Shown piece after piece: positions 27,128-37,214 of a stretch of DNA of 64,000 nt. The translations under genes and the position numbers were made by a program. The notes beneath the pieces are model-generated. The model ran no database searches, had not been told where the DNA came from, and was given only the letters and a program-made list of their open reading frames with translations. Origin of the DNA: an uncultured Bacilli bacterium (GTDB taxonomy: Bacteria; Bacillota_I; Bacilli_A; RF39; UBA660); assembly GCA_944358305.1 (NCBI GenBank), contig CALVQK010000005.1, forward strand, positions 16,385 through 80,384, in the 5' to 3' direction. Within the stretch, counting starts at the first letter, position 1, and each line of letters begins with the position of its first letter.

Positions 27128-28267
27128 ATGACTAAATTTAAAGACATTATAAAGAATCTTGATAAGCCTTTATTTTTTCTAACTCTAGTTCTTTTTGTAT
27201 TAGGCCTTGTAATGGTTTTTTCTGCTAGTAGTGTTACTTCTTATATGAATGGAGGAAGTCCATATGCTTACTTTTTTAGACAAGGTTTATTTTTAATAGT
27301 AAGTTTTATTTTTTGTATATTTATGGTTAAATTTAATACAAAGCTTTATGGTATTATTTCTAATTTGTTATTAGTGGCCTTTGTAGCTGTTTTAATATTA
27401 CTACTTATTTATGGTAGTGCTACCAACTATGCAATTAGTTGGATTCCTATAGGGCCTTTTACTTTACAACCTAGTGAATTTATTAAAGTAATTATGATTG
27501 TTTTTATGGCAAGGTTTTATGAAGTGCATGAGAAAAGATTAGATAATTTCTTTATAGCTATTATTCCTTTAATTATAGGAGTAGTAATTACTTTTTTAAT
27601 TATGTTACAGCCTGACTTAGGAACAGCGATTATTTTTGCTGTTTTAACAGGTTTAATGTTTTTTTCTTCACCTGTTTCTAAAACAATAAAGCTTAAGGTT
27701 GTGGGACTATTTGCTGGAATGGTTGTTATTGTTGCTCTAGTACTCATTATGAGTGGTGGTAGTATTTTACAAGCTAGACAGTTAGAACGTTTTAATTTTA
27801 CAAGACCTTGTGATAGACTTCTTGATACAGGGAATCAAGTTTGTAATGGTTATATTGCTATTAATAATGGAGGATTAACAGGAATAGGGTTAGGTAATAG
27901 TACTCAGAAATATTTGTATTTGCCTTATCCTTATACAGACTTTATTTTTGCTGTTATTGTGGAAGAGTTAGGCCTTGTTGTTGGCATTTTAATAATAATT
28001 GCTTATTTATATTTACTTTATAGAATTTTAAAAATAGGTAGAGAAAGTTATACTAATAGAGGAGCTTTACTTTGTTATGGTGTTGCTGTTTATATTTTCT
28101 TACATATTTCTATTAATTTAATGGGCTTGTTTGGACTTATGCCAATGACAGGTGTTCCTTTACCATTTATGAGTTATGGTGGTAGTTTTACGTTGTGTTT
28201 AATGGTTTCTCTTGCCATGGTTCAACGAGTTAATATTGAAAATAAACTTCGAGATAAAAAAAGTTAA
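27128..28267 (+). CDS. SEDS-family peptidoglycan glycosyltransferase (FtsW/RodA/SpoVE).
   Basis: 10 TM segments. QPSEFIK, MLQPDLGTA, GLMPMTGVPLPFMSYGGS motifs. Confidence 0.85.
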   Translation: MTKFKDIIKNLDKPLFFLTLVLFVLGLVMVFSASSVTSYMNGGSPYAYFFRQGLFLIVSFIFCIFMVKFNTKLYGIISNLLLVAFVAVLILLLIYGSATNYAISWIPIGPFTLQPSEFIKVIMIVFMARFYEVHEKRLDNFFIAIIPLIIGVVITFLIMLQPDLGTAIIFAVLTGLMFFSSPVSKTIKLKVVGLFAGMVVIVALVLIMSGGSILQARQLERFNFTRPCDRLLDTGNQVCNGYIAINNGGLTGIGLGNSTQKYLYLPYPYTDFIFAVIVEELGLVVGILIIIAYLYLLYRILKIGRESYTNRGALLCYGVAVYIFLHISINLMGLFGLMPMTGVPLPFMSYGGSFTLCLMVSLAMVQRVNIENKLRDKKS

Positions 28268-28436
28268 AAAAGTATGGATTTTGTAAATTGGTCTTAAATT
28301 TGAGGACCAATTTTTTAATTTCGTGGGGTCAATTTGGTAAATTGAGGCTCTTTTTTGAGGTGAATTTTTAATTTTTGCTTTTTGCACTTCTTTTCTAGTT
28401 TTGTTAGTATCGTAACTGGAAAGGAGGTTATTAGAA

Positions 28437-29141
28437 ATGACTTTTACTTATCGTCATAAGAAAGAAATTATTCTTTGTGTTTTAGGACTTGTTTTGCTAT
28501 TAGTCATTGGAACTATTTTAATATATAGAAGTTTTAATTCTAATAATAGTTCTAAAGAAAATATTGTTTTAAATACAAAGAAAACTGAAGAGAAAGAGAA
28601 ATTAGATGAAGAAGAACAAGAAGAGGTATATTATCAAGTAGATATTAAAGGAGAAGTTAATGTTCCTGGTATTTATACGGTAAAAGAAGGCAGTAGAGTA
28701 GTTGATGTTATTAGATTAGCAGGAGATTTAACAGAAGTTGCAGATACTTCGGTGTTAAACTTATCTAAAAAAGTAACAGATGAAATGGTCATTATTGTTT
28801 ATAGTTACGATGAGGTAGAGTCTTTTACTGAGACTTTAGAAAAAGAGAAAATAGAACAAGAAGCTTGTGTAAATCAAAATGGTATTACAAATGATGCTTG
28901 TATTGAAGATAGTGATGAAGAAGCTAATTCAAGTAGTGTGGTTATTAGTGGTAAAGTTTCTCTAAATGAAGCAACTAAAGAAGAGCTTATGATGCTTCCT
29001 GGAATAGGCGAAGCGAAAGCAGAGTCTATAATTCAGTATCGGGAAGAAGTAGGAGCATTTCAAAGTATTGAAGAGTTAAAAGAAGTTAGTGGTATAGGAG
29101 ATGCTATCTTTGATCAAATTAAGGAAAATATTACTATTTAA
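28437..29141 (+). CDS. comEA: Competence protein ComEA (SLBB plus helix-hairpin-helix DNA-binding).
   Basis: N-terminal TM. GEVNVPGIYTV SLBB domain. LNEATKEELMMLPGIGEAKAESII..SIEELKEVSGIG tandem HhH. Confidence 0.85.
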   Translation: MTFTYRHKKEIILCVLGLVLLLVIGTILIYRSFNSNNSSKENIVLNTKKTEEKEKLDEEEQEEVYYQVDIKGEVNVPGIYTVKEGSRVVDVIRLAGDLTEVADTSVLNLSKKVTDEMVIIVYSYDEVESFTETLEKEKIEQEACVNQNGITNDACIEDSDEEANSSSVVISGKVSLNEATKEELMMLPGIGEAKAESIIQYREEVGAFQSIEELKEVSGIGDAIFDQIKENITI

Positions 29142-31179
29142 ATCTATTTATATTACGTTATTTATAATTAGTTTAATTTATCTTGTTATTTATATAAATA
29201 TAGATTTTACTTCTTCGTTAGAGGGGAGTGAAACTAAAGTAGAGGGAGTTGTAGAGTCTATTAAATACCAAGGTAATAAAATGACACTGACACTGAAAAC
29301 CAATGAAAAACTTATCGCCACTTATTATTTTGATACTAAAGAAGAATTAGAAAAAGTAAAAAAAGAACTTTCATTAGGTGATATGCTTGTTTTAGAAGGA
29401 GAGTTATCTAAACCTTCTTCTAGTAAGAATTTTTATAGTTTTTCCTACCCAACCTATTTAAAATACCAAAAAATTTTCTATATAATGAAAGTTACAGATT
29501 TTTCTATTAAACAAAAGAATAGTAATGTTTTAACGAGTATTAAGAATACTATTAGAAACAGTATTGCTAGTGATAAAGTAGGAAGTTATATTAGAGTTTT
29601 CTTTTTAGGAGATGATACTTCTTTTGATACTACTTTAGAAGATGATTTCAGAAAACTAGGAATTTCTCACCTTTTTGCACTATCAGGCACACAAATTAGT
29701 TTTATATTATCAATCATTTCTTTTCGAAAAAGTTCTCTAAGTATTAAACACTTGGTATTCTCCTTTTGTTTTCTAGTAAGTTATTATTTAATAATTGATA
29801 AAAACGCTGCCATTGATAGAGCTTTGATTTTTAGTTTAGTATTTTCTATAAATAAAACTTTTAATTTCAATATTAAACCTCTTTTCTTAATTCTATTATC
29901 TTTAAGTATTCTTTTCTTTATAAATCCTTATTATATTTATGATGTAGGTTTTGAGTATTCTACAGTTATAAGTTGTGTACTTATGCTTTATATGAATAAT
30001 AAGAAAAGTAAAGGCAAGATAATAGATTTATTAGAAGTATCATGGGTAAGCTTTTTAGCTAGTTTACCCATTTCTTTATATCATTTTTCTTATATCAATC
30101 CTCTTAGCATAATTTATAATCTTTTTTATGTACCTTTTATTAATATTATTATATTTCCTCTAGCGATGCTTTGCTTTTTTATACCATATTTATCTTTTAT
30201 CTTAGAGTTTTTTATAAATATTTTTGAAGGAAGTGTAGCATTTTTATCTAGTATTAATATAGGTTATATAACTTTGGCAAGATTTAATATATTTTATTAT
30301 TTCTTATATTATATTTTTATATTTAGTTATCTTTTTAAAAACAAAAAAATATTTTTATTTTTAATTTTATTAATGATATTAATTCATTACTCTTATCCTA
30401 AAATATTTCCTAAAGATGCTTTATATATGATAGATGTAGGACAAGGAGATTCTTTTTTAATAACTTCTAATAATAAAACTATGTTAATAGATACAGGAGG
30501 AGTTATGTCTTATTATCAAGAAGAGTGGATGAAGTACGAAAGGAATAGCGGGGGGAAATATTTAGTTACATTTTTAAATCAGTTAGGAATAACAAAATTA
30601 GATTATTTAGTCTTAACTCATGGAGATTATGATCATGCAGGAGAAGCATTAACGATAATGAAGGAGATAGATGTAGAAACTATTTTCTTTAATGGTAATG
30701 AACTAAATTCATTAGAAAAAGAGATTTGGAATAATTCTTCTTGTCATTATAAATTAATAGAAGGAGATAGATTTAGTCTTGGGGACTTTAATTTCTTAGT
30801 TATTTCTAATACATATAAGGACGAAAATGATGGTAGTTTAGTTTTATATGGTACTATTTTTGATAAGAGTCTATTATTTATGGGTGATGCTAGTATTAAA
30901 AGTGAAGAGTATATATTAGATAATTATGATATAAGCGACATTACAATACTAAAGATAGGACACCATGGCTCTAGAACTAGTAGCAGTGAAGAGTTTATTA
31001 AAAGTGTTAATCCTACTTATGCGTTAATATCAGCAGGGGTTAATAATAAATTTAATCATCCTCATCATGAAGTATTAAAAAGACTAGAGGATAGTGGTTC
31101 TATAATCTTTAATTCGCAAATTGATGGTATGGTTATGTTTGATTTTACTAATAATGAAATAAAAACTTATACACTATAG
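29101..31179 (+). CDS. comEC: DNA internalization competence protein ComEC/Rec2 (with metallo-beta-lactamase domain).
   Basis: Polytopic competence domain LFALSGTQISF. MBL motif LTHGDYDHAG. The tandem terminator hairpin module at 31184..31250 follows. Confidence 0.85.
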   Translation: MLSLIKLRKILLFKSIYITLFIISLIYLVIYINIDFTSSLEGSETKVEGVVESIKYQGNKMTLTLKTNEKLIATYYFDTKEELEKVKKELSLGDMLVLEGELSKPSSSKNFYSFSYPTYLKYQKIFYIMKVTDFSIKQKNSNVLTSIKNTIRNSIASDKVGSYIRVFFLGDDTSFDTTLEDDFRKLGISHLFALSGTQISFILSIISFRKSSLSIKHLVFSFCFLVSYYLIIDKNAAIDRALIFSLVFSINKTFNFNIKPLFLILLSLSILFFINPYYIYDVGFEYSTVISCVLMLYMNNKKSKGKIIDLLEVSWVSFLASLPISLYHFSYINPLSIIYNLFYVPFINIIIFPLAMLCFFIPYLSFILEFFINIFEGSVAFLSSINIGYITLARFNIFYYFLYYIFIFSYLFKNKKIFLFLILLMILIHYSYPKIFPKDALYMIDVGQGDSFLITSNNKTMLIDTGGVMSYYQEEWMKYERNSGGKYLVTFLNQLGITKLDYLVLTHGDYDHAGEALTIMKEIDVETIFFNGNELNSLEKEIWNNSSCHYKLIEGDRFSLGDFNFLVISNTYKDENDGSLVLYGTIFDKSLLFMGDASIKSEEYILDNYDISDITILKIGHHGSRTSSSEEFIKSVNPTYALISAGVNNKFNHPHHEVLKRLEDSGSIIFNSQIDGMVMFDFTNNEIKTYTL

Positions 31180-31261
31180 AAAGTCCCGACAATGTCGGGA
31201 AAATTAAATATTTAATAAGAAACGACAAATTATTCGTTTCTTTTTTTATATACTTGAAACG

Positions 31262-32056
31262 GTGGTAGGAATGAAAGTATATTTAGATCTAATATTCTTT
31301 ATTAATTTCATGTTTGATTTACTCCTTTTAATGACGGTTAGTATTGAATGTAAAGTTTTTTCTAAAAAAAGAAAACTATTTACTTCTGCTTTTTTAGGAA
31401 GCCTTAGTACATTTCTTTTATTCCTACCCTTAAATAATATTTCTTTGTTTCTTTTTAAATTAGTAATTAGTATTATTATGATTTTTGTAGGGTTTAAGGT
31501 GACATCTAAAGAATTGTTTTTTTCTTTAATAAAGAGTCTTTATGGGAATAGTATTATCTTAGGAGGTCTTATCTACTTTTTAAATAATCAATTTAGTTAT
31601 AAACAGAAAGGTTTTATCTTTATTCATGATGGTACTAGTATTAATTTAATTATTATTTTGATAAGTAGTCCTATTATCTTTTATTTATATCATAAAATGA
31701 TGGTAGATGAGAAAAAGAAAAGAGATCTTCTTTATAAGGTGACTATTAAATGTAAAAAGGGTATTATTAATACTTTAGGCTTTTTAGATACAGGTAATAA
31801 TATTAAAGATCCTTATCAAAAACGAAGTGTTATTCTTATTGATTCTAGTCAAATTAACCTAAATATAGAAGAGGCGATTTTGGTACCATTTAAAACTGTA
31901 GATTCCAATGGCTTGCTTAAATGTGTAGAAATAGAAGAACTTAGAATTGATGATAAGCTGATTACTAATAAATATTTGTTGGGGGTTAGTCCTAAAACTA
32001 TAGAAATAAAGGGAGCATCTTGTATACTTCCTAATAAATGTGAGGAGGAACTTTGA
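31262..32056 (+). CDS. spoIIGA: Sporulation sigma-E processing peptidase SpoIIGA.
   Basis: Multi-TM N-terminus. Aspartic protease motif GFLDTGNN. Position immediately upstream of sigE. Confidence 0.85.
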   Translation: MVGMKVYLDLIFFINFMFDLLLLMTVSIECKVFSKKRKLFTSAFLGSLSTFLLFLPLNNISLFLFKLVISIIMIFVGFKVTSKELFFSLIKSLYGNSIILGGLIYFLNNQFSYKQKGFIFIHDGTSINLIIILISSPIIFYLYHKMMVDEKKKRDLLYKVTIKCKKGIINTLGFLDTGNNIKDPYQKRSVILIDSSQINLNIEEAILVPFKTVDSNGLLKCVEIEELRIDDKLITNKYLLGVSPKTIEIKGASCILPNKCEEEL

Positions 32057-32749
32057 ATGATTAGTTTACTTTATTTAGTAGCATTTTTACTTGATAAATC
32101 TTGTGAGATTTTTTATGTAGGTAGTAGTGATATTTTACCAGAACCTTTATCCAGGGAAGATGAAGAGGCATATCTTGTAATGGCTTTGGACGGAGATATT
32201 CATGCTAGAGATGTTTTGATTGAACATAATTTGAGATTAGTAGTTTTTCTTGCTAAAAAGTACGAAAATACAAAAGTTGATTTAGAAGATTTGGTTAGTA
32301 TTGGTACAATTGGTCTTATTAAAGGCATAAATACTTTTAAACCTGATAAAAATATTAAACTTGCTACATATGCTTCACGTTGTATTGATAATGAAATACT
32401 TATGTATTTAAGAAAAATTAAAAAGTCGAAAACAGAAGTTAGTATAGATGCTTCTTTAAGTTTAGATGCTGAAGGTAATGAGTTACATCTTGAAGATATT
32501 TTAGGGACTGATTCTGATATTGTGACTAAGGGACTTGAAGAGGAGACGGATAAAAAGTTAATGTTAGATGAAGTTATGAAACTTAATCCAAGAGATAGAG
32601 ATATTATTATATTAAGATATGGACTTATGGGGCATAATGAATTAACCCAAAAAGAAGTAGCAGAACTTCTTGGTATTAGTCAGTCTTATATATCAAGGAT
32701 TGAGAAAAAAGTAATTAGAAGATTAAAAAATATAGTTAAGTATTCTTAG
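32057..32749 (+). CDS. sigE: Sporulation sigma factor SigE (pro-sigma E).
   Basis: ILPEPLSREDEE, LIEHNLRLVVFLAKKYEN, KLATYASRCIDNEILMYLRK, ISQSYISRIEKK. Near-identical motif set to B. subtilis SigE. Confidence 0.9.
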   Translation: MISLLYLVAFLLDKSCEIFYVGSSDILPEPLSREDEEAYLVMALDGDIHARDVLIEHNLRLVVFLAKKYENTKVDLEDLVSIGTIGLIKGINTFKPDKNIKLATYASRCIDNEILMYLRKIKKSKTEVSIDASLSLDAEGNELHLEDILGTDSDIVTKGLEEETDKKLMLDEVMKLNPRDRDIIILRYGLMGHNELTQKEVAELLGISQSYISRIEKKVIRRLKNIVKYS

Positions 32750-33000
32750 GGAGGACACTATGAGAAGTGATAGAGATTGTTTGATGAAGATTAGATATTT
32801 GTATAGATTGAAATTTGCTAAAGAAAGTTTGGGGTTAGTTAATAATGATATTGACTTTAAAAATAAGTACTATAAAGATATGGAAGAATTTAAAAGAAAA
32901 TTTATAGGTACTAAGTAGAAATATTTAGTTCTTTTTAGTTGACTTGTGATTATAATTTTACTATAATTTTATTGATAATAATTATCAATAAGGTGATAGT

Positions 33001-33372
33001 ATGGAGAGAAATACATTACAAAGACAAGAGATAATAGAAACATTAGAATCATGCTATGATCATCCTACTATTAAAGAATTATATGAACTTGTAAATAAGA
33101 AAAATAAGAATATAGGACAAGCGACTGTTTATAGAACAGTAAAAAGTTTAGTTAGTGATGATATAGTTAAAAGAATTGATTGCCCTGATGGTGTTCACTA
33201 TGATTATAGAAAAGATCATTATCATTTTTATTGTCTTAATTGTGGTAAAATTACTGATGTTTTTCTAGATACTAATTTGATTGATAATTTATTATCTGCT
33301 TCTAATTTAAATGATATTAAACATATTAACTTAGTGTTTGAAGGTATATGTGATAGTTGTAAAGGAAAGTGA
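33001..33372 (+). CDS. Fur-family metalloregulator (PerR-like).
   Basis: QATVYRTV HTH motif. HH..C..C...C..C zinc site (HYHFYCLNCGK, CDSCKG). Confidence 0.75.
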   Translation: MERNTLQRQEIIETLESCYDHPTIKELYELVNKKNKNIGQATVYRTVKSLVSDDIVKRIDCPDGVHYDYRKDHYHFYCLNCGKITDVFLDTNLIDNLLSASNLNDIKHINLVFEGICDSCKGK

Positions 33373-33376
33373 AGTT

Positions 33377-34681
33377 ATGGAGCTTAATAAAGCGGTTAGG
33401 ATTGATGATAGTAATCCTAGTATTGAAAGAATTAAAGAAAGATGCATTAACTGTGGCAGATGTAAAACAATATGTATGGATGTTGTAGGGATTAACTATA
33501 ATGAAAAGTGTAAGGAAGCAGTGTGTATAAACTGTGGTCAGTGTATTTTAAATTGTCCCGTTGGGGCATTAAGTCCAAAATATGAATATAAAAAAGTCTT
33601 GGATTATTTACATGATACTGATAAAATCGTTACTATTTCAGTTGCACCTGCGGTTAGAACTTCAATTGGCGAAGGATTTGGCTTAGAACCTGGTACTTTT
33701 TTAGAAAAAGAGTTAGTTGGAGCATTAAAAAAGGTAGGCTTTGATTATGTTTTTGATGTAACTTTTGGAGCTGATATGACCGTTATGGAAGAAGCGATGG
33801 AATTAGTTAATAGATTAAAAAATAAAGGTACTCTTCCAATGTTTACTTCATGCTGTCCATCATGGGTTAAATATCTAGAAATATATCATCCTGAAAAGAT
33901 AGGTCATCTATCTACTGTTAAAAGTCCTATAGGAATACAAAGTTCTATTATAAATACTTACTTTTTAAAGATGATGAATATACCGAAAGAAAAAATAGTT
34001 AATGTGGTAGTGGTACCTTGTACTGCTAAAAAGTTTGAAATTAGAAGGACAGAAATGGGTATGGATATTGCAATTACTACTAGTGAGTTAGTTATGCTTT
34101 TAAAAGAATCTCTTATCGATATTAAAAAGATAGAACCTCAAGAATTTGATTCGCTTTTATCAAAAGGAAGTGGAGCGGGTTTAATCTTTGGTAGAAGTGG
34201 AGGAGTAGCAGAGTCTGTTTTAAGATGTGTTAACTATATAATTACTGGTGAAGATAAGATTACAGACTTTTTATCCCTTGTAGAAAATGAAAAAAGTGGT
34301 ACAATAAAGAAGACTACTGTTAATATAGGTCCTTATAAATTAAGAGTAGCCGCTATACAAGGTATGAAAAGCGTAGAGGAAGTTCTTAAGGATTTGGATA
34401 ATTATGACTTTATTGAAGTTATGAACTGTAGTGATGGTTGTGTTTCTGGAGGTGGCCAAGTACTTGGTTCTATTAGTAAAATGAAAGAGACAAGTCTTGC
34501 AAGAGCGAGAGCTTTAGAAGAAGATGATAAAAAGAATAAAGTCAGATTTTGTTATAAGAATCCTGATGTTATAGATATTTATAAAACATATCTTGATTAT
34601 CCTAATAGTCCTAAAGCATTAAAGATTATTCATACTAATTTTAAAGATAGAAGTAGTATATTAAGAGAGAAATCTCTTTAA
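33377..34681 (+). CDS. [FeFe]-hydrogenase (short monomeric type) with two N-terminal 4Fe-4S ferredoxin motifs.
   Basis: CINCGRC..CINCGQCILNCP. H-cluster motifs TSCCPSWV, VVPCTAKKFE, MNCSDGCVSGGGQ. Likely start ATG 33377; the track start at 33338 overlaps the fur-family gene. Confidence 0.8.
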   Translation: MELNKAVRIDDSNPSIERIKERCINCGRCKTICMDVVGINYNEKCKEAVCINCGQCILNCPVGALSPKYEYKKVLDYLHDTDKIVTISVAPAVRTSIGEGFGLEPGTFLEKELVGALKKVGFDYVFDVTFGADMTVMEEAMELVNRLKNKGTLPMFTSCCPSWVKYLEIYHPEKIGHLSTVKSPIGIQSSIINTYFLKMMNIPKEKIVNVVVVPCTAKKFEIRRTEMGMDIAITTSELVMLLKESLIDIKKIEPQEFDSLLSKGSGAGLIFGRSGGVAESVLRCVNYIITGEDKITDFLSLVENEKSGTIKKTTVNIGPYKLRVAAIQGMKSVEEVLKDLDNYDFIEVMNCSDGCVSGGGQVLGSISKMKETSLARARALEEDDKKNKVRFCYKNPDVIDIYKTYLDYPNSPKALKIIHTNFKDRSSILREKSL

Positions 34682-34712
34682 TATAAATATTTAAAAGAAA
34701 GAAGGTATAAAT

Positions 34713-35255
34713 ATGGAATTAAAAGGTTCAAAGACTGAACAAAATTTAATGACTGCATTTGCAGGAGAGAGCCAAGCTCGTAATAAGTATACTTACTATG
34801 CTTCAAAAGCTAGAAAAGATGGTTATGAACAAATAGCAGCTATATTTGAAGAAACTGCTAATAACGAGAAGGAACATGCTAAACTTTGGTTTAAAGAACT
34901 TCATGGTGGGGATATTCCTGATACTATGACTAACTTAGAGGATGCAGCTGCTGGTGAAAACTATGAATGGACTGATATGTATAAAGGATTTGCTGAGACT
35001 GCTCGTGAAGAAGGATTTGATCGTTTAGCATTCTTATTTGAAAGTGTAGCAAAGATTGAGAAAGAACATGAAGAAAGATATTTAACACTTCTTAAGAATG
35101 TTAAAGATGATAGAGTATTCCATAAAGATGGAGATAAGATTTGGATTTGTCGCAATTGTGGACATGTATATGTTGGTAAAGATGCTCTTGATGTTTGTCC
35201 AGTATGTAATCATCCACAAAGCTTTATGGAAGTTAAAGCTAATAATTATGAATAA
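34713..35255 (+). CDS. rbr: Rubrerythrin.
   Basis: Di-iron ferritin-like E..H motifs ([16 protein letters not shown]) and C-terminal rubredoxin fold CRNCGH..CPVCNHP. Confidence 0.9.
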   Translation: MELKGSKTEQNLMTAFAGESQARNKYTYYASKARKDGYEQIAAIFEETANNEKEHAKLWFKELHGGDIPDTMTNLEDAAAGENYEWTDMYKGFAETAREEGFDRLAFLFESVAKIEKEHEERYLTLLKNVKDDRVFHKDGDKIWICRNCGHVYVGKDALDVCPVCNHPQSFMEVKANNYE

Positions 35256-35381
35256 AAGGACTTGTTTAAGTTCTTTTTATTTATGTAATTAAATGGATAC
35301 TAGATAGAAATATCTAGTATTTTTTAAATTGAAATATTGGACTCTATGTGTTAATATTATTAATAGATAGAATATAAGTAT

Positions 35382-37214
35382 ATGAAAATGGGTAACCTAA
35401 GTAGTAAAGGAGTTACAGATATGACAAAGAAAAAATATATAGTAATATCAGTAGTAATAATATTAATAAGTATAATAGCATTAATAGGTGCAAGTTATGC
35501 CTTATTAACAATGACTATAGAGGGAGATAAAGAAATAACTCTAACAGCAGGAATACTAAAAGTTGATTTTAGTGAAGGTGATAATATAAGTATAGAAAAT
35601 AGCGCTCCTATGTCTGATAAAGAAGGTCTACAAACAACTCCTTATACTTTTACAGTAACAAATACAGGAAATATAAATGCTTATTACCATGTATCATTAG
35701 AAGAAGATAGTAATAATACATTAAGTAATTCAAATTTAAAGATGAAAATAACAGGAAATAATGGCTATGATAGTGGAGTAATAAGAGTAAGTGATTATGG
35801 GATAGGTTCTTTTGAAATAATAGGAGAAGATGTATTAGAGCCAAGCGATACAGTAACATATACTTTGTATATGTGGTTAGATGAGGATGCAGGGAATGAG
35901 GCACAAGGAACAATATATCAAAGTAAGATAGTAGTAACAAGTTATGATAGAGAACAGAATAGTCCAAATGCTCCAATGTTAGATGAAGGAATGATACCAG
36001 TAACATATGATGGAAGTAATTGGGTAAAAGCAGATAGAACAAATATAAATAATAGTTGGTATAACTATAATGATTTAATGTGGGCAAATGCTGTAACAGT
36101 ATCAGAATCAACAAGAAGCACATATAAGAGTGCAGCAGTAGGAACAGTAGTAAATATGGATGATATAGAGACAATGTGGGTATGGATACCAAGATATTCA
36201 TATACAATAGGAAGTGAAGATGGGACTAATTACTATGGAAAACAAGGGACATTTCTAGATACAACACCTACTCAGGCTTTACCAGGAGAAATAGATGTAA
36301 AGTTTGTTAGTGAGAATACAAAAGATAGAGGAAGTGCAAAATACATAGTAAGTGAAGGAATAAGTGATGATAGTTGGTATACGCCAGATGCTTTTACATT
36401 TGGAGATGAAGAGTTAAGAGGAATCTGGGTAGGAAAATTTGAGACAAGTAGCAGTAATCCAAATGAAGAAGATGGCGGAGGGAATACTACCGAGTTAGAT
36501 CCAATGATTAAACCAAATGTCACAAGTTGGAGAGGAATAAATGTAAGTAATGCCTTTAATGTGAGTTTAAAGATGAATAATAATGGAAATAGATATGGAA
36601 TAGAGAGTACAACCGATACCCATATGATGAAGAATAGTGAATGGGCACTAGTGGCATATCTTACACAATCAAAATATGGAAAATTAGGGAATAGTAATTT
36701 TACAGGTGCAAATAAAGAAATATATGTTAATAAGTCGAACGATTTGATAACAGGTTGTAGTTATGGAGCACCTAGTAATAGTAATACAGATTATGGATGT
36801 CAATATCAATATAATGTAGAGATAAATGGAACAGGAGCCTCAACCACAGGAAATATCTATGGAATATATGATATGAGCGGTGGTGATTGGGAATATGTTA
36901 TGGCAAATTATAATGATGTAGTAGGAGAAAGTGGATTTACTTCGATGCCTGATGCAAAATATTATGATAAATATACAAGTAATAATATAAATACAGCGTG
37001 TGATGGAAATATATGTTTATCACATAATTTGTTAGAAACAAAAAAATGGTATAATGATTTTCACACTTTAGTTTCTGAGGAGTATCCTTGGTTAGCAAAT
37101 GGGGGTAGTTGTATTCAGGATAATACAAATGCTGGAATATATGCTATTTCTAGAACTCTTAATAAAGGTGCTGCAAGAGATTCAACTTTCCGTTTAGTAG
37201 CAACAATAAGGTAG
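35382..37214 (+). CDS. Paralog of the DGR target family: SipW-cognate/TasA-like N-terminus with an FGE-sulfatase-like C-type-lectin-fold C-terminus. Likely start ATG 35421.
   Basis: LIGASYALLTMTIEGDKEITLTAGILKVDF matches the TasA-like N-region. C-terminus YGIYDMSGGDWEYV and NGGSC...RDSTFRLVATIR parallel the FGE-domain GNVWEW / RGGSW...GFR signatures. Confidence 0.6.
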   Translation: MKMGNLSSKGVTDMTKKKYIVISVVIILISIIALIGASYALLTMTIEGDKEITLTAGILKVDFSEGDNISIENSAPMSDKEGLQTTPYTFTVTNTGNINAYYHVSLEEDSNNTLSNSNLKMKITGNNGYDSGVIRVSDYGIGSFEIIGEDVLEPSDTVTYTLYMWLDEDAGNEAQGTIYQSKIVVTSYDREQNSPNAPMLDEGMIPVTYDGSNWVKADRTNINNSWYNYNDLMWANAVTVSESTRSTYKSAAVGTVVNMDDIETMWVWIPRYSYTIGSEDGTNYYGKQGTFLDTTPTQALPGEIDVKFVSENTKDRGSAKYIVSEGISDDSWYTPDAFTFGDEELRGIWVGKFETSSSNPNEEDGGGNTTELDPMIKPNVTSWRGINVSNAFNVSLKMNNNGNRYGIESTTDTHMMKNSEWALVAYLTQSKYGKLGNSNFTGANKEIYVNKSNDLITGCSYGAPSNSNTDYGCQYQYNVEINGTGASTTGNIYGIYDMSGGDWEYVMANYNDVVGESGFTSMPDAKYYDKYTSNNINTACDGNICLSHNLLETKKWYNDFHTLVSEEYPWLANGGSCIQDNTNAGIYAISRTLNKGAARDSTFRLVATIR

